Source: Candidatus Cloacimonadales bacterium (lineage in GTDB: Bacteria; Cloacimonadota; Cloacimonadia; Cloacimonadales; JAFGVF01). From it: DNA of 64,000 nt. The stretch lies in contig CAXXJV010000001.1 of NCBI GenBank assembly GCA_963663475.2, positions 576,001-640,000 on the forward strand. The letters are read 5' to 3'. The notes beneath the pieces are model-generated. The model was given only the letters and a program-made list of their open reading frames with translations, had not been told where the DNA came from and did not search any database. Positions 11,123-21,858 of this stretch are shown here, piece by piece (position 1 is the first letter of the stretch; each line of letters starts with the position of its first letter). Made by a program: the position numbers and the translations under genes.

Positions 11123-12817
11123 TTATTTGGTATTTTCGTTTGTTTTTAAAATCTCCTGAGCATGTTTCAAGGAGGTTTCACTAGTCTTACCTGCAAGCAT
11201 TCTAGAAATTTCTACTTCTCTCTCTTTCTTACTTAATAATTCTATTGATATTTCTGTTTTATCAGCAAGGATATTCTTTACTATTTTATAATGCCAGCTA
11301 CCTTTAGCAGCAACTTGTGGTAGGTGGGTAATACATAAAACCTGATGTTTGCTACCAATACTAGCAATATAATCAGCTATATATAAAGCTGTATTACCAC
11401 CAATACCGACATCTATTTCATCAAAAATTATAGTTCTAGCGACTATTTTATCGGACAGTATCTTTTTCAATGCTAAGAGCATCCTAGATAATTCACCACC
11501 AGAGGCAGATTCTTTTAAAGGCTGTAAATCAACCCCTAAGTTAGCTGAAAAAAGTAAATTTATCTTGTCATAACCACTTTCATTTATTTCTTTTAGTTTA
11601 TTTTCAAGTAAGATTTCATTAAAAAGAAAATCTACCTTTGCATTAGCTAATGATAAATTCTCAATATTCTTTTCAATTTCCTCTTTTAACTCTTTGGCAT
11701 GGTCTTTTCTCAGTTTAGATAACTTATCAGCAAGTTTAAGCAGACTTTTTTCTAGCTTTTGGATATGATTCTCCTGTTTAGTTATCTCAGAGCTCAACTG
11801 TGATTTGTTTAAAAGAAAGTCATTTATTTCTTGGTAGTATTCCAGCAATAATTCAACACTATTTACATGGTATTTGGTTTTGATACCTTCTATTTGCTTT
11901 ATCCTATCTTCCACAATCTCAAGTCTTTCTTGGTCTAAAGAAACAACATCTTCTACTTCCCTTAGACTACTAATCCCATCCTCTATGAGAGATTTGGCAT
12001 CATGAAAAAATTCTGTTGCTATCTTAATCTGAGATAAATCAGAATTAAATTCACTAAGTTTATTGAGAGCAGAAGATAATCTATCAATCAATGAGTTCTC
12101 ATCTTCATACATCTCCTGCACCAGCTCTCTTCCAAGCATGCGAATTCTGTCTGCATTAATTAAGATATTATATTCATGATCTAAGTCTTCCAACTCATTA
12201 GCCTTAAGGTTGAGTTCATCTAATTCAGCAACTTGATACTCATAGAGCTTTGTTTTTTCTTCTAGTTCATAATTTTTCTTAATCAATTTTTTAAGCTTTT
12301 GCTTCTCACTTAGCCAAATTAAGTAGTCTTTTTCTACTTGATCTCTGAGAGAAGTCAAACCTCCATAAGCATCAAGGACTTGTAGCTGGTAATCTTGTTC
12401 ATTTAAGTTTAACTGCTCATTTTGAGAATGAAAATCCAGTAAAAGATCACGAAACTCTTTAATAATACTATTTGTTACTCTTCTACCATTAATAAAAGAA
12501 GCATTCTTCCCTTTTGTAGTAATTTCTTTTACGAAAAAGAGTTCATTATCTTCAAGTTCAATAGAGTATTTTTCTATCAAAACTTCTAGCTCATTATTAC
12601 TAGAATCAATTTCAAAATCTACTTCTAAATAAATATTCTTATCTTTTTCATAAAAGTAATTACCTCTTACCATACCACCTAATACTAGGTTTAAACCACC
12701 AACTAGAACAGATTTTCCAGCTCCTGTTTCACCAGTAATTACATTCATCCCTTTATGAAAATTTAGTTCTAAATCCTTAATTAGTACAAAGTTTTTAAAC
12801 TTTATTCTGGAAATCAT
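11123..12817 (-). CDS. recN: DNA repair protein RecN
   Basis: TGETGAGKS Walker A, SGGELSR signature, IFDEIDVGIGG, QVLCITHLPQVAA. Confidence 0.96.
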   Translation of the reverse strand: MISRIKFKNFVLIKDLELNFHKGMNVITGETGAGKSVLVGGLNLVLGGMVRGNYFYEKDKNIYLEVDFEIDSSNNELEVLIEKYSIELEDNELFFVKEITTKGKNASFINGRRVTNSIIKEFRDLLLDFHSQNEQLNLNEQDYQLQVLDAYGGLTSLRDQVEKDYLIWLSEKQKLKKLIKKNYELEEKTKLYEYQVAELDELNLKANELEDLDHEYNILINADRIRMLGRELVQEMYEDENSLIDRLSSALNKLSEFNSDLSQIKIATEFFHDAKSLIEDGISSLREVEDVVSLDQERLEIVEDRIKQIEGIKTKYHVNSVELLLEYYQEINDFLLNKSQLSSEITKQENHIQKLEKSLLKLADKLSKLRKDHAKELKEEIEKNIENLSLANAKVDFLFNEILLENKLKEINESGYDKINLLFSANLGVDLQPLKESASGGELSRMLLALKKILSDKIVARTIIFDEIDVGIGGNTALYIADYIASIGSKHQVLCITHLPQVAAKGSWHYKIVKNILADKTEISIELLSKKEREVEISRMLAGKTSETSLKHAQEILKTNENTK

Positions 12818-13668
12818 ATTCGCCCCATATGCATCTTCTTACGCATAATTTGATAGAATGTTTTATTTGATAATTTAATAAAATCTACTTTCTTAGTAGC
12901 CCCATTGATTTTAATAATATCCCCTTCTAAAAGAGAAATAACATTGACCCCATCAACCTGCAACATTGGCTCATCATGACAGCTGATCAGTTCAAAGGAA
13001 AGCAAATCCTTTGCAGAAAAGACAATTGGTCTAATTGAAAGAATATGAGGATTTAAGGGACAAAAGACTATTGCTTCCATTAGGGGGTCGAGAATAGGTC
13101 CACCTCCAGAAAGAGAATAGGCTGTAGAACCTGTTGGAGTTGACGCAACTAATCCATCACATCTAGTAGTGTAGATAAGTCTATTATTTGTCCTAATTTT
13201 TACCTCAATCATCTTGGGTGTATTTGCTCTAAAAAGAACAGCATCATTTAAGGCTAAATCCCTATAAATCAACTTATTCTCCCGATACACTTTTATATCA
13301 AGTAAGAGGCGAGACTGTACTTTATATCTATTATTAATCAATAATTTAATTGATCTTTCTAAAAGCTCAGGTTTGGTCTCGGAAAGAAATCCTAGCTTGC
13401 CAATATTGATTCCTAGAAGAGGAGCATTAGTAAGTAAGGCATACTTCTTTGCCCTCAAAATTGTTCCATCGCCACCAAAAACTAATATTGAATTTAAAGT
13501 TATCCCTTTCCCATACTGAAAGGCTTTAACAAAATTTGGTAAGATATCTAATTGATCATCAAAACCATAAAATTCAATATCATAATTATCGTTAAGACTT
13601 CTAATAATCTCACTCTGCTTTTGCCTATCATAATATTCTGTGTGGATGAAAAGACCAAATTTATTCAT
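12814..13668 (-). CDS. nadK: NAD kinase
   Basis: GGDGTIL, GINIGKLGFL, STPTGSTAYSLSGGGP. Confidence 0.96.
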   Translation of the reverse strand: MNKFGLFIHTEYYDRQKQSEIIRSLNDNYDIEFYGFDDQLDILPNFVKAFQYGKGITLNSILVFGGDGTILRAKKYALLTNAPLLGINIGKLGFLSETKPELLERSIKLLINNRYKVQSRLLLDIKVYRENKLIYRDLALNDAVLFRANTPKMIEVKIRTNNRLIYTTRCDGLVASTPTGSTAYSLSGGGPILDPLMEAIVFCPLNPHILSIRPIVFSAKDLLSFELISCHDEPMLQVDGVNVISLLEGDIIKINGATKKVDFIKLSNKTFYQIMRKKMHMGRI

Positions 13669-14734
13669 AATTCACCGATTCTATAATCCTTAAATATGAT
13701 TCATATACCTTTTGGGGAATATCTCCTCTAGCAAGAGCATCTAAAACCCCACAGTTATCTTCATGAGTATGGCTACAGTTATTAAAATAGCAAGCATACC
13801 TATCAAAACCTGGAAAGTTATTATAGACTAAACTGACATTATCCCTTTTTAAGGCTAATGTTTTTATACCAGGTGTATCTACTATGAAACCACCAAAATC
13901 CCATTCTAATAGTTTTGAGTTTGTTGTTGTATGCCTACCTTTTTCATTATAATTACTTATCTGCCCCACCTTAAGATCTAAACTTGGCATCAAAGCATTT
14001 ATAACAGAAGATTTACCAACCCCTGATTGTCCAGAAAATACAGATATCTTGTCTTGAAGAAAATCTTTTAATTTGTCAATTCCTTCCCCACTTTCAGCAG
14101 AAACAAAAAAGCTTTTATAACCACTTTCAATATAATAGGCTAGCATTTCTTGATAATATTCTACATCATCAACCAAGTCTATCTTATTTACACAGATAAC
14201 CGGTTCTATATTATCAATACCACATTGAATAATAAATCTATCTATTATACCTAACTTTAGCATAGGTTGGACACATGAAACTGTGATAATAGCATAATCC
14301 ATATTACTAGCAATTAGAATTTCTTTTTGATAAGAACCTTCAGAATACCTCATTAGCTTATTTTTTCTATCTATTAACTCTTCAATCCTGTAAGGAGAAC
14401 CTTGAGAAGTATCTATTTTTACCTTATCACCAATTGCCATTACCCTTCTTTGATTAAACATAAACTGCTTAAGACGACCACCAAGCAAGGCTGTGACTTC
14501 TTGACCTTTTAATCTAACCTTAAACATGTTGTTGGTCATGATTTCTGTAATAAGACCATCTTCTAGATTTACATCTCGCTTAAGAGTCTTCTTATTCCTG
14601 TTTTGCCCCCTACTTACAGCCTTTTTTTCATGGCTATAGTCATAATCCAAAAAATCATCAACATCATCAATATGAACATTTTTTAAATTACGCTCAGTTG
14701 ACTTAATCCTTACTTTATCTTTTCTTTTATCCAT
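13661..14734 (-). CDS. rsgA: Ribosome small subunit-dependent GTPase RsgA
   Basis: NKID, GQSGVGKSS, GRHTTT, DTPG and CxFxxCxHxxExxC zinc motif. Start uncertain (ATG 14734 or TTG 14770). Confidence 0.93.
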   Translation of the reverse strand: MDKRKDKVRIKSTERNLKNVHIDDVDDFLDYDYSHEKKAVSRGQNRNKKTLKRDVNLEDGLITEIMTNNMFKVRLKGQEVTALLGGRLKQFMFNQRRVMAIGDKVKIDTSQGSPYRIEELIDRKNKLMRYSEGSYQKEILIASNMDYAIITVSCVQPMLKLGIIDRFIIQCGIDNIEPVICVNKIDLVDDVEYYQEMLAYYIESGYKSFFVSAESGEGIDKLKDFLQDKISVFSGQSGVGKSSVINALMPSLDLKVGQISNYNEKGRHTTTNSKLLEWDFGGFIVDTPGIKTLALKRDNVSLVYNNFPGFDRYACYFNNCSHTHEDNCGVLDALARGDIPQKVYESYLRIIESVNYE

Positions 14735-14990
14735 TTGTACCCATTTTTTTATTCTTTGTTCAAGTATCAAATCTAATGGTTTTGTTGTAAAGAAATTTCT
14801 TTGTTCTAGAATATTTTGCTGATCTACTACTTAAAAGAAGAAATTGTTAATAATAGACTAATCCTTGCTTTTAAGAGATTCAAGATTTTTATATTGACTA
14901 TCTTAGGAATTATTTTTTTATGGTATAATGTTATAATTTTGTTAAACTTATATAAATCTAGAATAAAAATTAAAAAGTGATGGAGGAAAT

Positions 14991-16052
14991 ATGAAAACTG
15001 GTGGAAACCGTTATGGAACTCACAGAGTAATTGAACCTAAGGGTGTTTTACCGCAACCAGCAAGAGTTGTGGATAATGATATGACAGAGATATGGGATAA
15101 TGAGATGCTTATAGATGTTATAAGATTAAATATTGACTCTGCATCATTTCATCAAATAAAAACCAAATTAGCCAATCAAGGCCATAAAGAAGATTTAGCT
15201 CAAGCATTTGCTGATCATGTTATAGATTTAACAGAAAGAACTGGAAAGCACAAGAATGAAGATACTGGTTCAGGTGGAATGCTAATTGGCAGAATTGCTA
15301 AATTAGGACCAAACTTCGAGATGAAAGAAGAGGTAAAAGAAGGTGATTTAATAGCTTCATTAGTATCTTTATCATTAACTCCTTTAAAAGTTAAACAAGT
15401 TAAGAAAGTTATCTTAGAAAAAGACCAAGTAGAGATTGAAGGACAAGCTATTCTTTTCTCTTCAGGTATCTATGCAAAACTTCCAGAAGATATGGATATC
15501 AACCTTGCTTTATCAGTACTTGATGTAGCTGGTGCTCCTGCTCAAGCTGAGAGATTAGCAAAAGCTGGTGATACTGTTGTTGTTCTTGGTGCTGGTGGAA
15601 AATCAGGTGTATTATGTAATGCAGTTAGCCGTGAAAGAGTTGGTGTTTCTGGAAAAGTTATCGGTATTGTCCACAACGAACATAGTGTTGAACCAGCTTT
15701 AAAATCTGGCTGTAATGAAGTTTATGTTGGTGATGCAACAAATGCTCTTCAGATTGAAGAAATAGTTCATAACGCAACAAACGGTCAAATGGCTGATTTA
15801 GTAATCAACGTTGTTAATGTTGAGAATACAGAAATGTCTACTATTATGGCTTGTAAAGATCGTGGAACAGTCTATTTCTTCTCAATGGCTACATCCTTCA
15901 CAAAAGCTGCTTTAGGTGCTGAGGGTATCGGTGCTGATGTTGATATGATACTTGGTAATGGTTATGCTCACAACCATGCTTTAATCTCAATTGATTTACT
16001 AAAACGTAACCCATACTTAATGGAGTTATTTAAACAAAGATATACTGACTAA
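14991..16052 (+). CDS. kdd: L-erythro-3,5-diaminohexanoate dehydrogenase (lysine fermentation)
   Basis: YGTHRVIEPKGVLPQPA, LNIDSASF, TGSGGMLIG, LDVAGAPAQ, FFSMATSFTKAALGAEG; adjacent to kamA. Confidence 0.92.
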   Translation: MKTGGNRYGTHRVIEPKGVLPQPARVVDNDMTEIWDNEMLIDVIRLNIDSASFHQIKTKLANQGHKEDLAQAFADHVIDLTERTGKHKNEDTGSGGMLIGRIAKLGPNFEMKEEVKEGDLIASLVSLSLTPLKVKQVKKVILEKDQVEIEGQAILFSSGIYAKLPEDMDINLALSVLDVAGAPAQAERLAKAGDTVVVLGAGGKSGVLCNAVSRERVGVSGKVIGIVHNEHSVEPALKSGCNEVYVGDATNALQIEEIVHNATNGQMADLVINVVNVENTEMSTIMACKDRGTVYFFSMATSFTKAALGAEGIGADVDMILGNGYAHNHALISIDLLKRNPYLMELFKQRYTD

Positions 16053-16065
16053 GCCAGGAGGATGA

Positions 16066-17310
16066 ATGTCCCAACTTATAGATATTAAAACAATTGCCAC
16101 TGAAGAAGAATGGAATAGCTGGCACTGGCAATTAAAAAATAGAGTTACTACATACGAAGATTTAAAGAAGTACATAGAACTTACTCCTGAAGAAGATCAA
16201 GTTTTTGCAGGTGGTAATTTCCCATTTAGAATGGCTATTACTCCTTACTATCTCTCAATAATTGACCAAAAGAATCCTAATGATCCTGTCAGAATGCAGG
16301 CAATTCCTAAGATTCAAGAATCTAAATTAGTTACTACTGATATGGATGACCCTCTTCATGAAGATACTGATTCTCCTACTCCTGGGTTAACTCACAGATA
16401 TCCAGACAGAACCTTATTACTTCTCACAGACCAATGCTCTATGTATTGCCGTCACTGTACTAGAAGAAGAAAAGCTGGTGAGCACGATGCTCCAATGCCA
16501 AAGGATAATGTATCAAAAGCTATTGAATACATCCGTAATACTAAAGAAGTAAGAGATGTTATTCTTTCTGGTGGTGATCCTTTAACACTTTCAACTGCCA
16601 GATTAGAAGAAGTTATTTCTGAAATCGCAGCTATTGACCATGTTGATATCATCAGAATTGGTTCTAGAATACCTGTTGTTCTACCTCAGAGAATTGATGA
16701 TGAATTAATCACCATGCTTAAAAAATACCCTATGATTTGGTTAAACACTCATTTCAATCATCCAAATGAAATGACTCCTGAAGCTGAGAAAGCTTTAGCA
16801 AAATTAGCAAATGCAGGTGTTGTCCTAGGAAACCAATCTGTACTCCTTAAAGGTATAAATGACCATGTTGACGTTATGAAAAAATTAGTTCATACTCTTG
16901 TTAAGAATAGAGTAAGACCTTACTACATCTACCAATGTGATCTTTCTGAAGGTATTTCTCATTTCAGAACCCCTATTTCTAAGGGTATTGAAATTATGGA
17001 ATCACTCAGAGGCCATACTTCTGGTTTATGTATTCCAACCTACGTTGTTGATGCTCCAGGTGGTGGTGGTAAAATACCTGTTCTTCCTAATTACATTGTT
17101 TCTCAAATGCCTGGTAGAACTATTCTTCGTAACTATGAAGGCTTTATCACAACTTATACTGAACCTGAATATAAGGAACAAAATGACAGTGATTACTGCC
17201 AATTAGTTTCTGAAGAAAGAAAATCAACAGAAGGTGTCATGAGTCTTCTTAGAGGCGAAAAAGTCTCAATTGGACCTGCTGATACCAAAAGAAATAAAAG
17301 ACACAAGTAA
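16066..17310 (+). CDS. kamA: Lysine 2,3-aminomutase (radical SAM/PLP)
   Basis: THRYPDR, CSMYCRHCTRRR, YVVDAPGGGGKIP. Confidence 0.95.
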   Translation: MSQLIDIKTIATEEEWNSWHWQLKNRVTTYEDLKKYIELTPEEDQVFAGGNFPFRMAITPYYLSIIDQKNPNDPVRMQAIPKIQESKLVTTDMDDPLHEDTDSPTPGLTHRYPDRTLLLLTDQCSMYCRHCTRRRKAGEHDAPMPKDNVSKAIEYIRNTKEVRDVILSGGDPLTLSTARLEEVISEIAAIDHVDIIRIGSRIPVVLPQRIDDELITMLKKYPMIWLNTHFNHPNEMTPEAEKALAKLANAGVVLGNQSVLLKGINDHVDVMKKLVHTLVKNRVRPYYIYQCDLSEGISHFRTPISKGIEIMESLRGHTSGLCIPTYVVDAPGGGGKIPVLPNYIVSQMPGRTILRNYEGFITTYTEPEYKEQNDSDYCQLVSEERKSTEGVMSLLRGEKVSIGPADTKRNKRHK

Positions 17311-17336
17311 TCTGATTATTTGTTAATTATATAAAA

Positions 17337-17369
17337 GGCTGATTTAAGGAAACTAAATCAGCCCTTTTT
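17337..17369. terminator. Bidirectional intrinsic terminator
   Basis: GGCTGATTTA-7 nt-TAAATCAGCC with flanking A and T tracts. Confidence 0.8.
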
Positions 17370-17371
17370 AT

Positions 17372-18295
17372 CTACTTTGAAAGAAGTTTATAGTTCTGAA
17401 AATTCTCAAAAAATGTTAATTGTTCAACTTTTTCCATTTGCAAATCAATAATCTTTGTGTCAAAATTAGTAATTAAAGCTTCTACCATTGGGTTTCTATT
17501 TGTTTCTTTCCCACCAACATGATAAAAATGATCTCTGGTTTTAATTGAAAACTTCTTCCATAGTTTTTCTATATATTCATTTGCTCTATAATCGTTATGG
17601 TGCCATGTTGACAGAATAAAATCAGCTTTTGTTTCGTTTAATGCTCTAAACAATTCTTCTTCTTTCTCTTGGTCCCATCCGTTAAAATAATCAGCATGTC
17701 TATCAATATAAGGAGGATCACAATATAAAATATCATTTGCTGCACCTTGTAGTATTGTACTTGAAAAATCTCTACACATAAATTCAAAATCTTTAACTTT
17801 TAGTAAATAATAAACGTATTCAAGTTGATTTATGATTTTTGTAACATAGGCTTGAGCAAACCTTTCTGGTTTCTTACAAAACGGTACATTGAAACCACCT
17901 TTCCGATTAAACCTAATCATTCCATTAAAACATGATCTGTTAAGAAATAGAAAATCTAACGGATCTTGATGTTTATTAAACCTTTCTCTTATAAAATAAT
18001 AGTGTTCTTCGCCTTTTTGAGCAAGAAGATTCCCCTCCCTAATAAGAAAAGCCTTTGCTATACTAGGAGTTATGGCATCATTTTGGATAGATTTATAAAA
18101 ATTAATTAAGTGAGGATTTGTATCACAGAGCAGAGCTGATTTGGGTACGATATTAAAGGCAACTACTCCCGTTCCCATAAAAGGTTCAATCCATCGCCCA
18201 TCAAAGGATTCGGGGACAATACTATTTATCCAAGGAACTAATTTTGTTTTTATACCTTGAGATTTTATTGGTGGAACAAATATCTTTGTTTTCAC
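17372..18295 (-). CDS. Dam-family N6-adenine DNA methyltransferase, M.EcoRV-like
   Basis: [47 protein letters not shown]; closely resembles M.EcoRV. Confidence 0.9.
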   Translation of the reverse strand: MKTKIFVPPIKSQGIKTKLVPWINSIVPESFDGRWIEPFMGTGVVAFNIVPKSALLCDTNPHLINFYKSIQNDAITPSIAKAFLIREGNLLAQKGEEHYYFIRERFNKHQDPLDFLFLNRSCFNGMIRFNRKGGFNVPFCKKPERFAQAYVTKIINQLEYVYYLLKVKDFEFMCRDFSSTILQGAANDILYCDPPYIDRHADYFNGWDQEKEEELFRALNETKADFILSTWHHNDYRANEYIEKLWKKFSIKTRDHFYHVGGKETNRNPMVEALITNFDTKIIDLQMEKVEQLTFFENFQNYKLLSK

Positions 18296-18297
18296 AA

Positions 18298-19125
18298 TTA
18301 CTCCTTTGTCCGTTTGGGAACAATCAATTTTGTATTCCCTTTTCTATATTCTATAAATTCCTTTAAGGATGATATGGTCTTTGTTTCTCCAGACTCGTTA
18401 GTTTTCTTAATCTTTCTATAATTGATCCAATAGTCATCAAACCACTTTTCTCCAAGTTTAGAAAACATTCCATTTCCACTTACAATATCATTAATATGTG
18501 TTATACTCCCAATATTTGCAGTGTTTCCACTTCCTCCTTTGTCACTTGCAATTTTCCATTTTTCGACTACAAAAAATTGAAAATCTTTTACTACAGAAGA
18601 AATTGATTTGAGTTGAGATAGTTTATAGCTCTTAGTTTCGTTAAAATCAGGAGAATAAGCACGACTGTATATTATTCCTAAGCAGAAATGACCTAAATAT
18701 GAATTATAAGGAAATTGAATGTTTTTTCTGCTTATTCTATTTTCGAAATACTCTCCGTGAGATCCAAGCGTAAATCCATTACACAGATAAGGTTTATCTT
18801 CTCTTCTATAAGTTGTCTTAAAGTCAATGGCGAATTTAATATCTTCATCTTCTTTTTTAACCATTGATATATCAGGGTAGTAATTCTGATGGTCAGCTAG
18901 TACTACTTTATAACCATTTATATTAGCAAATTCAATAATCTTAGGGAATAAATGTATCTCTAAAATTTTAGATAGTATCTTAGTATCTCCTGAAATCGTA
19001 TAGATGTTTTTAAAAACATCTATAAATCCTTTTACTGTCCATTGACCATCATTTGTACTAACATGCTTTTGAAAAGTATCAACAAACTCTTTTAGTTTTT
19101 TTTCGAAATATTGTTTTTCGTTCAA
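18298..19125 (-). CDS. Type II restriction endonuclease, EcoRV-like
   Basis: QNYYPD...AIDFKTTY catalytic PD-(D/E)XK motif, FTLG, and recognition loop [11 protein letters not shown]. Confidence 0.88.
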   Translation of the reverse strand: MNEKQYFEKKLKEFVDTFQKHVSTNDGQWTVKGFIDVFKNIYTISGDTKILSKILEIHLFPKIIEFANINGYKVVLADHQNYYPDISMVKKEDEDIKFAIDFKTTYRREDKPYLCNGFTLGSHGEYFENRISRKNIQFPYNSYLGHFCLGIIYSRAYSPDFNETKSYKLSQLKSISSVVKDFQFFVVEKWKIASDKGGSGNTANIGSITHINDIVSGNGMFSKLGEKWFDDYWINYRKIKKTNESGETKTISSLKEFIEYRKGNTKLIVPKRTKE

Positions 19126-19391
19126 TTTTATTCCTTTTTAGTTTAATAATATATTATGTTAAATAAAATTAATGAATAATTGTTCAACTGTCAATAAAAA
19201 TTTCACTTTTTTCCAGTGTATTTAAGGAGACTATTCAATTATCAAACCACCCTTCTCAATAGCTTATCCTTAATTAAGGCGATAATATTGCCCAACTTTA
19301 GGTTTTCTTGATATTTTTTAAGATTTTTTATTAGTGATATTGCCTTTTCAGGCATATGCTAGCCTCTTCAGTCGGACGGTTTTTCTTCCGA

Positions 19392-19435
19392 AGCTTTAGC
19401 CAAGTATTACTAAAGCACTACTTCACCATTCGGGT
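19392..19435 (-). mobile_element. MITE-family left-end fragment
   Basis: Reverse complement ACCCGAATGGTGAAGTAGTGCTTTAGTAATACTTGGCTAAAGCT; shares CACCATTCGGGTTAAAG with 56845-56861 and resembles 32606-32650. Confidence 0.55.
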
Positions 19436-19502
19436 TAAAGATAAGTCTTTGCTATTTTATCAAATCAGACTATTATCTGTGCAAAGAATAGGAGTGAAAA
19501 AA

Positions 19503-20198
19503 ATGATTAAAATATATAGAAAAGATAAACTTGGAAAAGCAGACCATGGTTGGCTCAAGAGTAGATTCCACTTCTCTTTTGCCGAATACTATGATCCTAA
19601 AAGGATTCATTTTGGTAATTTAAGAGTTATTAATGATGATTTAATTGCCCCTAATACAGGTTTTGACATGCATCCTCATCAAGATATGGAAATTATTTCT
19701 TATGTCATTGCTGGAGAACTTACTCATCAAGACTCTATGGGGAATAAAAGGGCTGTAAAACGGGGTGAAGTTCAATACATGAGTGCAGGAACTGGAGTTA
19801 TGCACAGTGAACATAATTTAGGAAATGAGACAACAAGACTACTGCAAATCTGGATTTTCCCAAGAGAACATGACCTTGAACCAAATTATGGTGATTTAAG
19901 ATACAATTGGGAAGATAGAGTAAACAAATTACTTCATATTGTTTCCCCTGCAGATGGTCCCTCTCAAGTTAAGATACAACAAGATGCAAATATCTATGTA
20001 TCCTATTTGGAAGCTAAAGAAGAAATAGAATTTGAAATTGAAGAAAATCGCCAACTTTATTTTATCCAGATTGAGGGAGCAAGTTATCTTAATTCTCTAA
20101 TAACTTATGAGGGTGATGGTGCAGAGATAAGTGATGAAAGTATAAAAATAAAGGCTAAAGGCAATAGTCACTTTATGATAATTGAGTTACCAAAGTAA
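19503..20198 (+). CDS. Pirin family protein (YhhW-like)
   Basis: HGWLKSRFHFSFAEYY, HPHQDMEI, HQDSMGN, MSAGTGVMHSE; start at ATG 19503 after GGAG. Confidence 0.93.
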   Translation: MIKIYRKDKLGKADHGWLKSRFHFSFAEYYDPKRIHFGNLRVINDDLIAPNTGFDMHPHQDMEIISYVIAGELTHQDSMGNKRAVKRGEVQYMSAGTGVMHSEHNLGNETTRLLQIWIFPREHDLEPNYGDLRYNWEDRVNKLLHIVSPADGPSQVKIQQDANIYVSYLEAKEEIEFEIEENRQLYFIQIEGASYLNSLITYEGDGAEISDESIKIKAKGNSHFMIIELPK

Positions 20199-20236
20199 AA
20201 TTAAGACTTGAGATTCTTCCCTTATTCATGCATTAC

Positions 20237-20295
20237 CCTTCCTTTACAGTCTTTCGATGAAATAGGGACTTTCATCGAAAGACTGTAAAGGAAGG
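20237..20295. repeat. 59-bp palindromic repeat, copy 2
   Basis: Same 26-bp arms as copy 1; loop TAGGGAC. Confidence 0.9.
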
Positions 20296-20368
20296 AATAA
20301 GCATGATAATAGTAAATGAAGCTGATTTTCTTACGACTCAAAGCTTAATTGGGCATTATTTGGGTTAA

Positions 20369-20450
20369 ACTCAAATAATTCAGTAAACCTTTGCGAATTC
20401 TACTATATTCTTCTGCACTCTTCATCAAAGTTCTACGGCACCATTTGAGT
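20369..20450 (-). mobile_element. Internally deleted MITE copy (82 bp) flanked by TAA...TAA
   Basis: Joins the left and right ends of the 165-bp element at the TGCAGA microhomology; another right end lies at 20354-20365. Confidence 0.6.
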
Positions 20451-20485
20451 TAAAAATGAGAAAAAGTGTTGATTTTTATAGACAG

Positions 20486-20512
20486 AAAAAGGGAGTAAAT
20501 ACTCCCCTTTTT
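20486..20512. terminator. Intrinsic terminator
   Basis: AAAAAGGGAGT-AAAT-ACTCCCCTTTTT between convergent genes. Confidence 0.75.
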
Positions 20513-20531
20513 GTATTTTATCTTCACTGAT

Positions 20532-21857
20532 TTACTTACTAATTGCTTTTAAAAGTTTCTCAGCTTCTTCATGATTTATCTTTCCTTGTTCAAGTAAATC
20601 TAAAATCTTCAACCTACTTTTCTCATTGTCTGATAGTCTTTCTTCAGGTTTTCTATAATTTTGATTTCCATCATTATAGGAAGTTTGATATCTACTTTCT
20701 TGTCTACTTCTAGCATTTTCACTTCTAATATCTTGTCTTTGCTTTTGCATATCAGCTTTCATATCTTTCATAGACTCCTTAATAGTCACATCAGCTTCTT
20801 TTAAAGCTGTTTGAACACTATTCTTGATTACCTCACCTAGATTTGCAAAAGCTCCCCCAATTGACTTTCTAAGGGCTGGAGAAGCAAGTACTTTTGTAAC
20901 CTTGCTTACTTCATTCATTGCTCTATTTATCTCCTGATTTAACTTATTATTAGTATATTTCTTACCTTCTTCTTCAATGCTTGTATCATCATTAAGTAAT
21001 TCTATACCACCAATTTCTGTTGTAATTTTCATAAGTGTATTTCCAAATTCTTCATTATAAACTTCACTTTTCATATTTACTCCCTCTTCCATTTTAGAAG
21101 TTACAGTATTTTTAAGATAAGAAGAGATTGTTCCTAACTCAGACAAAGCTTTAATATCTAGATTTATTTCATGAGGAAGAATAATTTTTACTTTACCAAT
21201 TTCGCTCATTATTTTACTTTGATTTTGCTTAATAGGAAGTAGCTGGTATTCAATGTTTCCTGTCTCACTAGTTATGGTTACATTGGATACTTCTGCTTCT
21301 CTTATACTTATCTGGGCCACCTCAGACTCACATTTAAGCTCATTAGCCTTGATACCTTGAATATCTATATTCCCAACCTCAGTGGTGCAAAAAAAGTTAG
21401 CAAAGTTTCCCTCCTTAACCTTAACTGCTCCAATCTCAGATTCTATACTTACGTTACCTGATGATTCATCAATAGTGATTGATCCTATCTCACTATCAAT
21501 ATTAAAATCTGCTCTTACATGCTCAAATCTAATCTTACCCATTTCAGACTCAACCCTAACCTTCATATCATCTGGTATTAAGACTATGATTCTTGAAGCA
21601 TCTAAATCTACATTTCTAGTCTCAAGATCATCCTCTAAATCCCCAGTATCAATTGCTATTCTCCCTTGATCAGAAAATACTTGAGTAAGTAAATCATCTG
21701 TCCAGGCATAATTAACAGCTTCATTCATCTGGATTTCACCCTTAACTCTTACTTCATCAGACTGTCCTTTAGCCATGATAACAGTTAACTTCTCAGTTCT
21801 AACATCAATTTCCTTAAAATTTCCTTTGTAGTTAAACTCAAATTTCATAGTATTCAT
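20532..21857 (-). CDS. DUF4097 (toast-rack beta-repeat) protein with C-terminal SHOCT-like helix
   Basis: Repeated (S/T)E(I/V/M)GxI beta motifs; C-terminal RLKILDLLEQGKINHEEAEKLL. Confidence 0.8.
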   Translation of the reverse strand: MNTMKFEFNYKGNFKEIDVRTEKLTVIMAKGQSDEVRVKGEIQMNEAVNYAWTDDLLTQVFSDQGRIAIDTGDLEDDLETRNVDLDASRIIVLIPDDMKVRVESEMGKIRFEHVRADFNIDSEIGSITIDESSGNVSIESEIGAVKVKEGNFANFFCTTEVGNIDIQGIKANELKCESEVAQISIREAEVSNVTITSETGNIEYQLLPIKQNQSKIMSEIGKVKIILPHEINLDIKALSELGTISSYLKNTVTSKMEEGVNMKSEVYNEEFGNTLMKITTEIGGIELLNDDTSIEEEGKKYTNNKLNQEINRAMNEVSKVTKVLASPALRKSIGGAFANLGEVIKNSVQTALKEADVTIKESMKDMKADMQKQRQDIRSENARSRQESRYQTSYNDGNQNYRKPEERLSDNEKSRLKILDLLEQGKINHEEAEKLLKAISK

Positions 21858-21858
21858 T

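Noticed and set aside
16066-17310. kamA as EpmB for EF-P beta-lysylation
   Set aside because: It is paired with kdd and lies 35 kb from efp; it fits lysine fermentation, and no epmA is present in the window.
19356-19502. 49-aa N-terminal extension of the pirin ORF
   Set aside because: Crosses a MITE fragment; the pirin domain and RBS point to ATG 19503.
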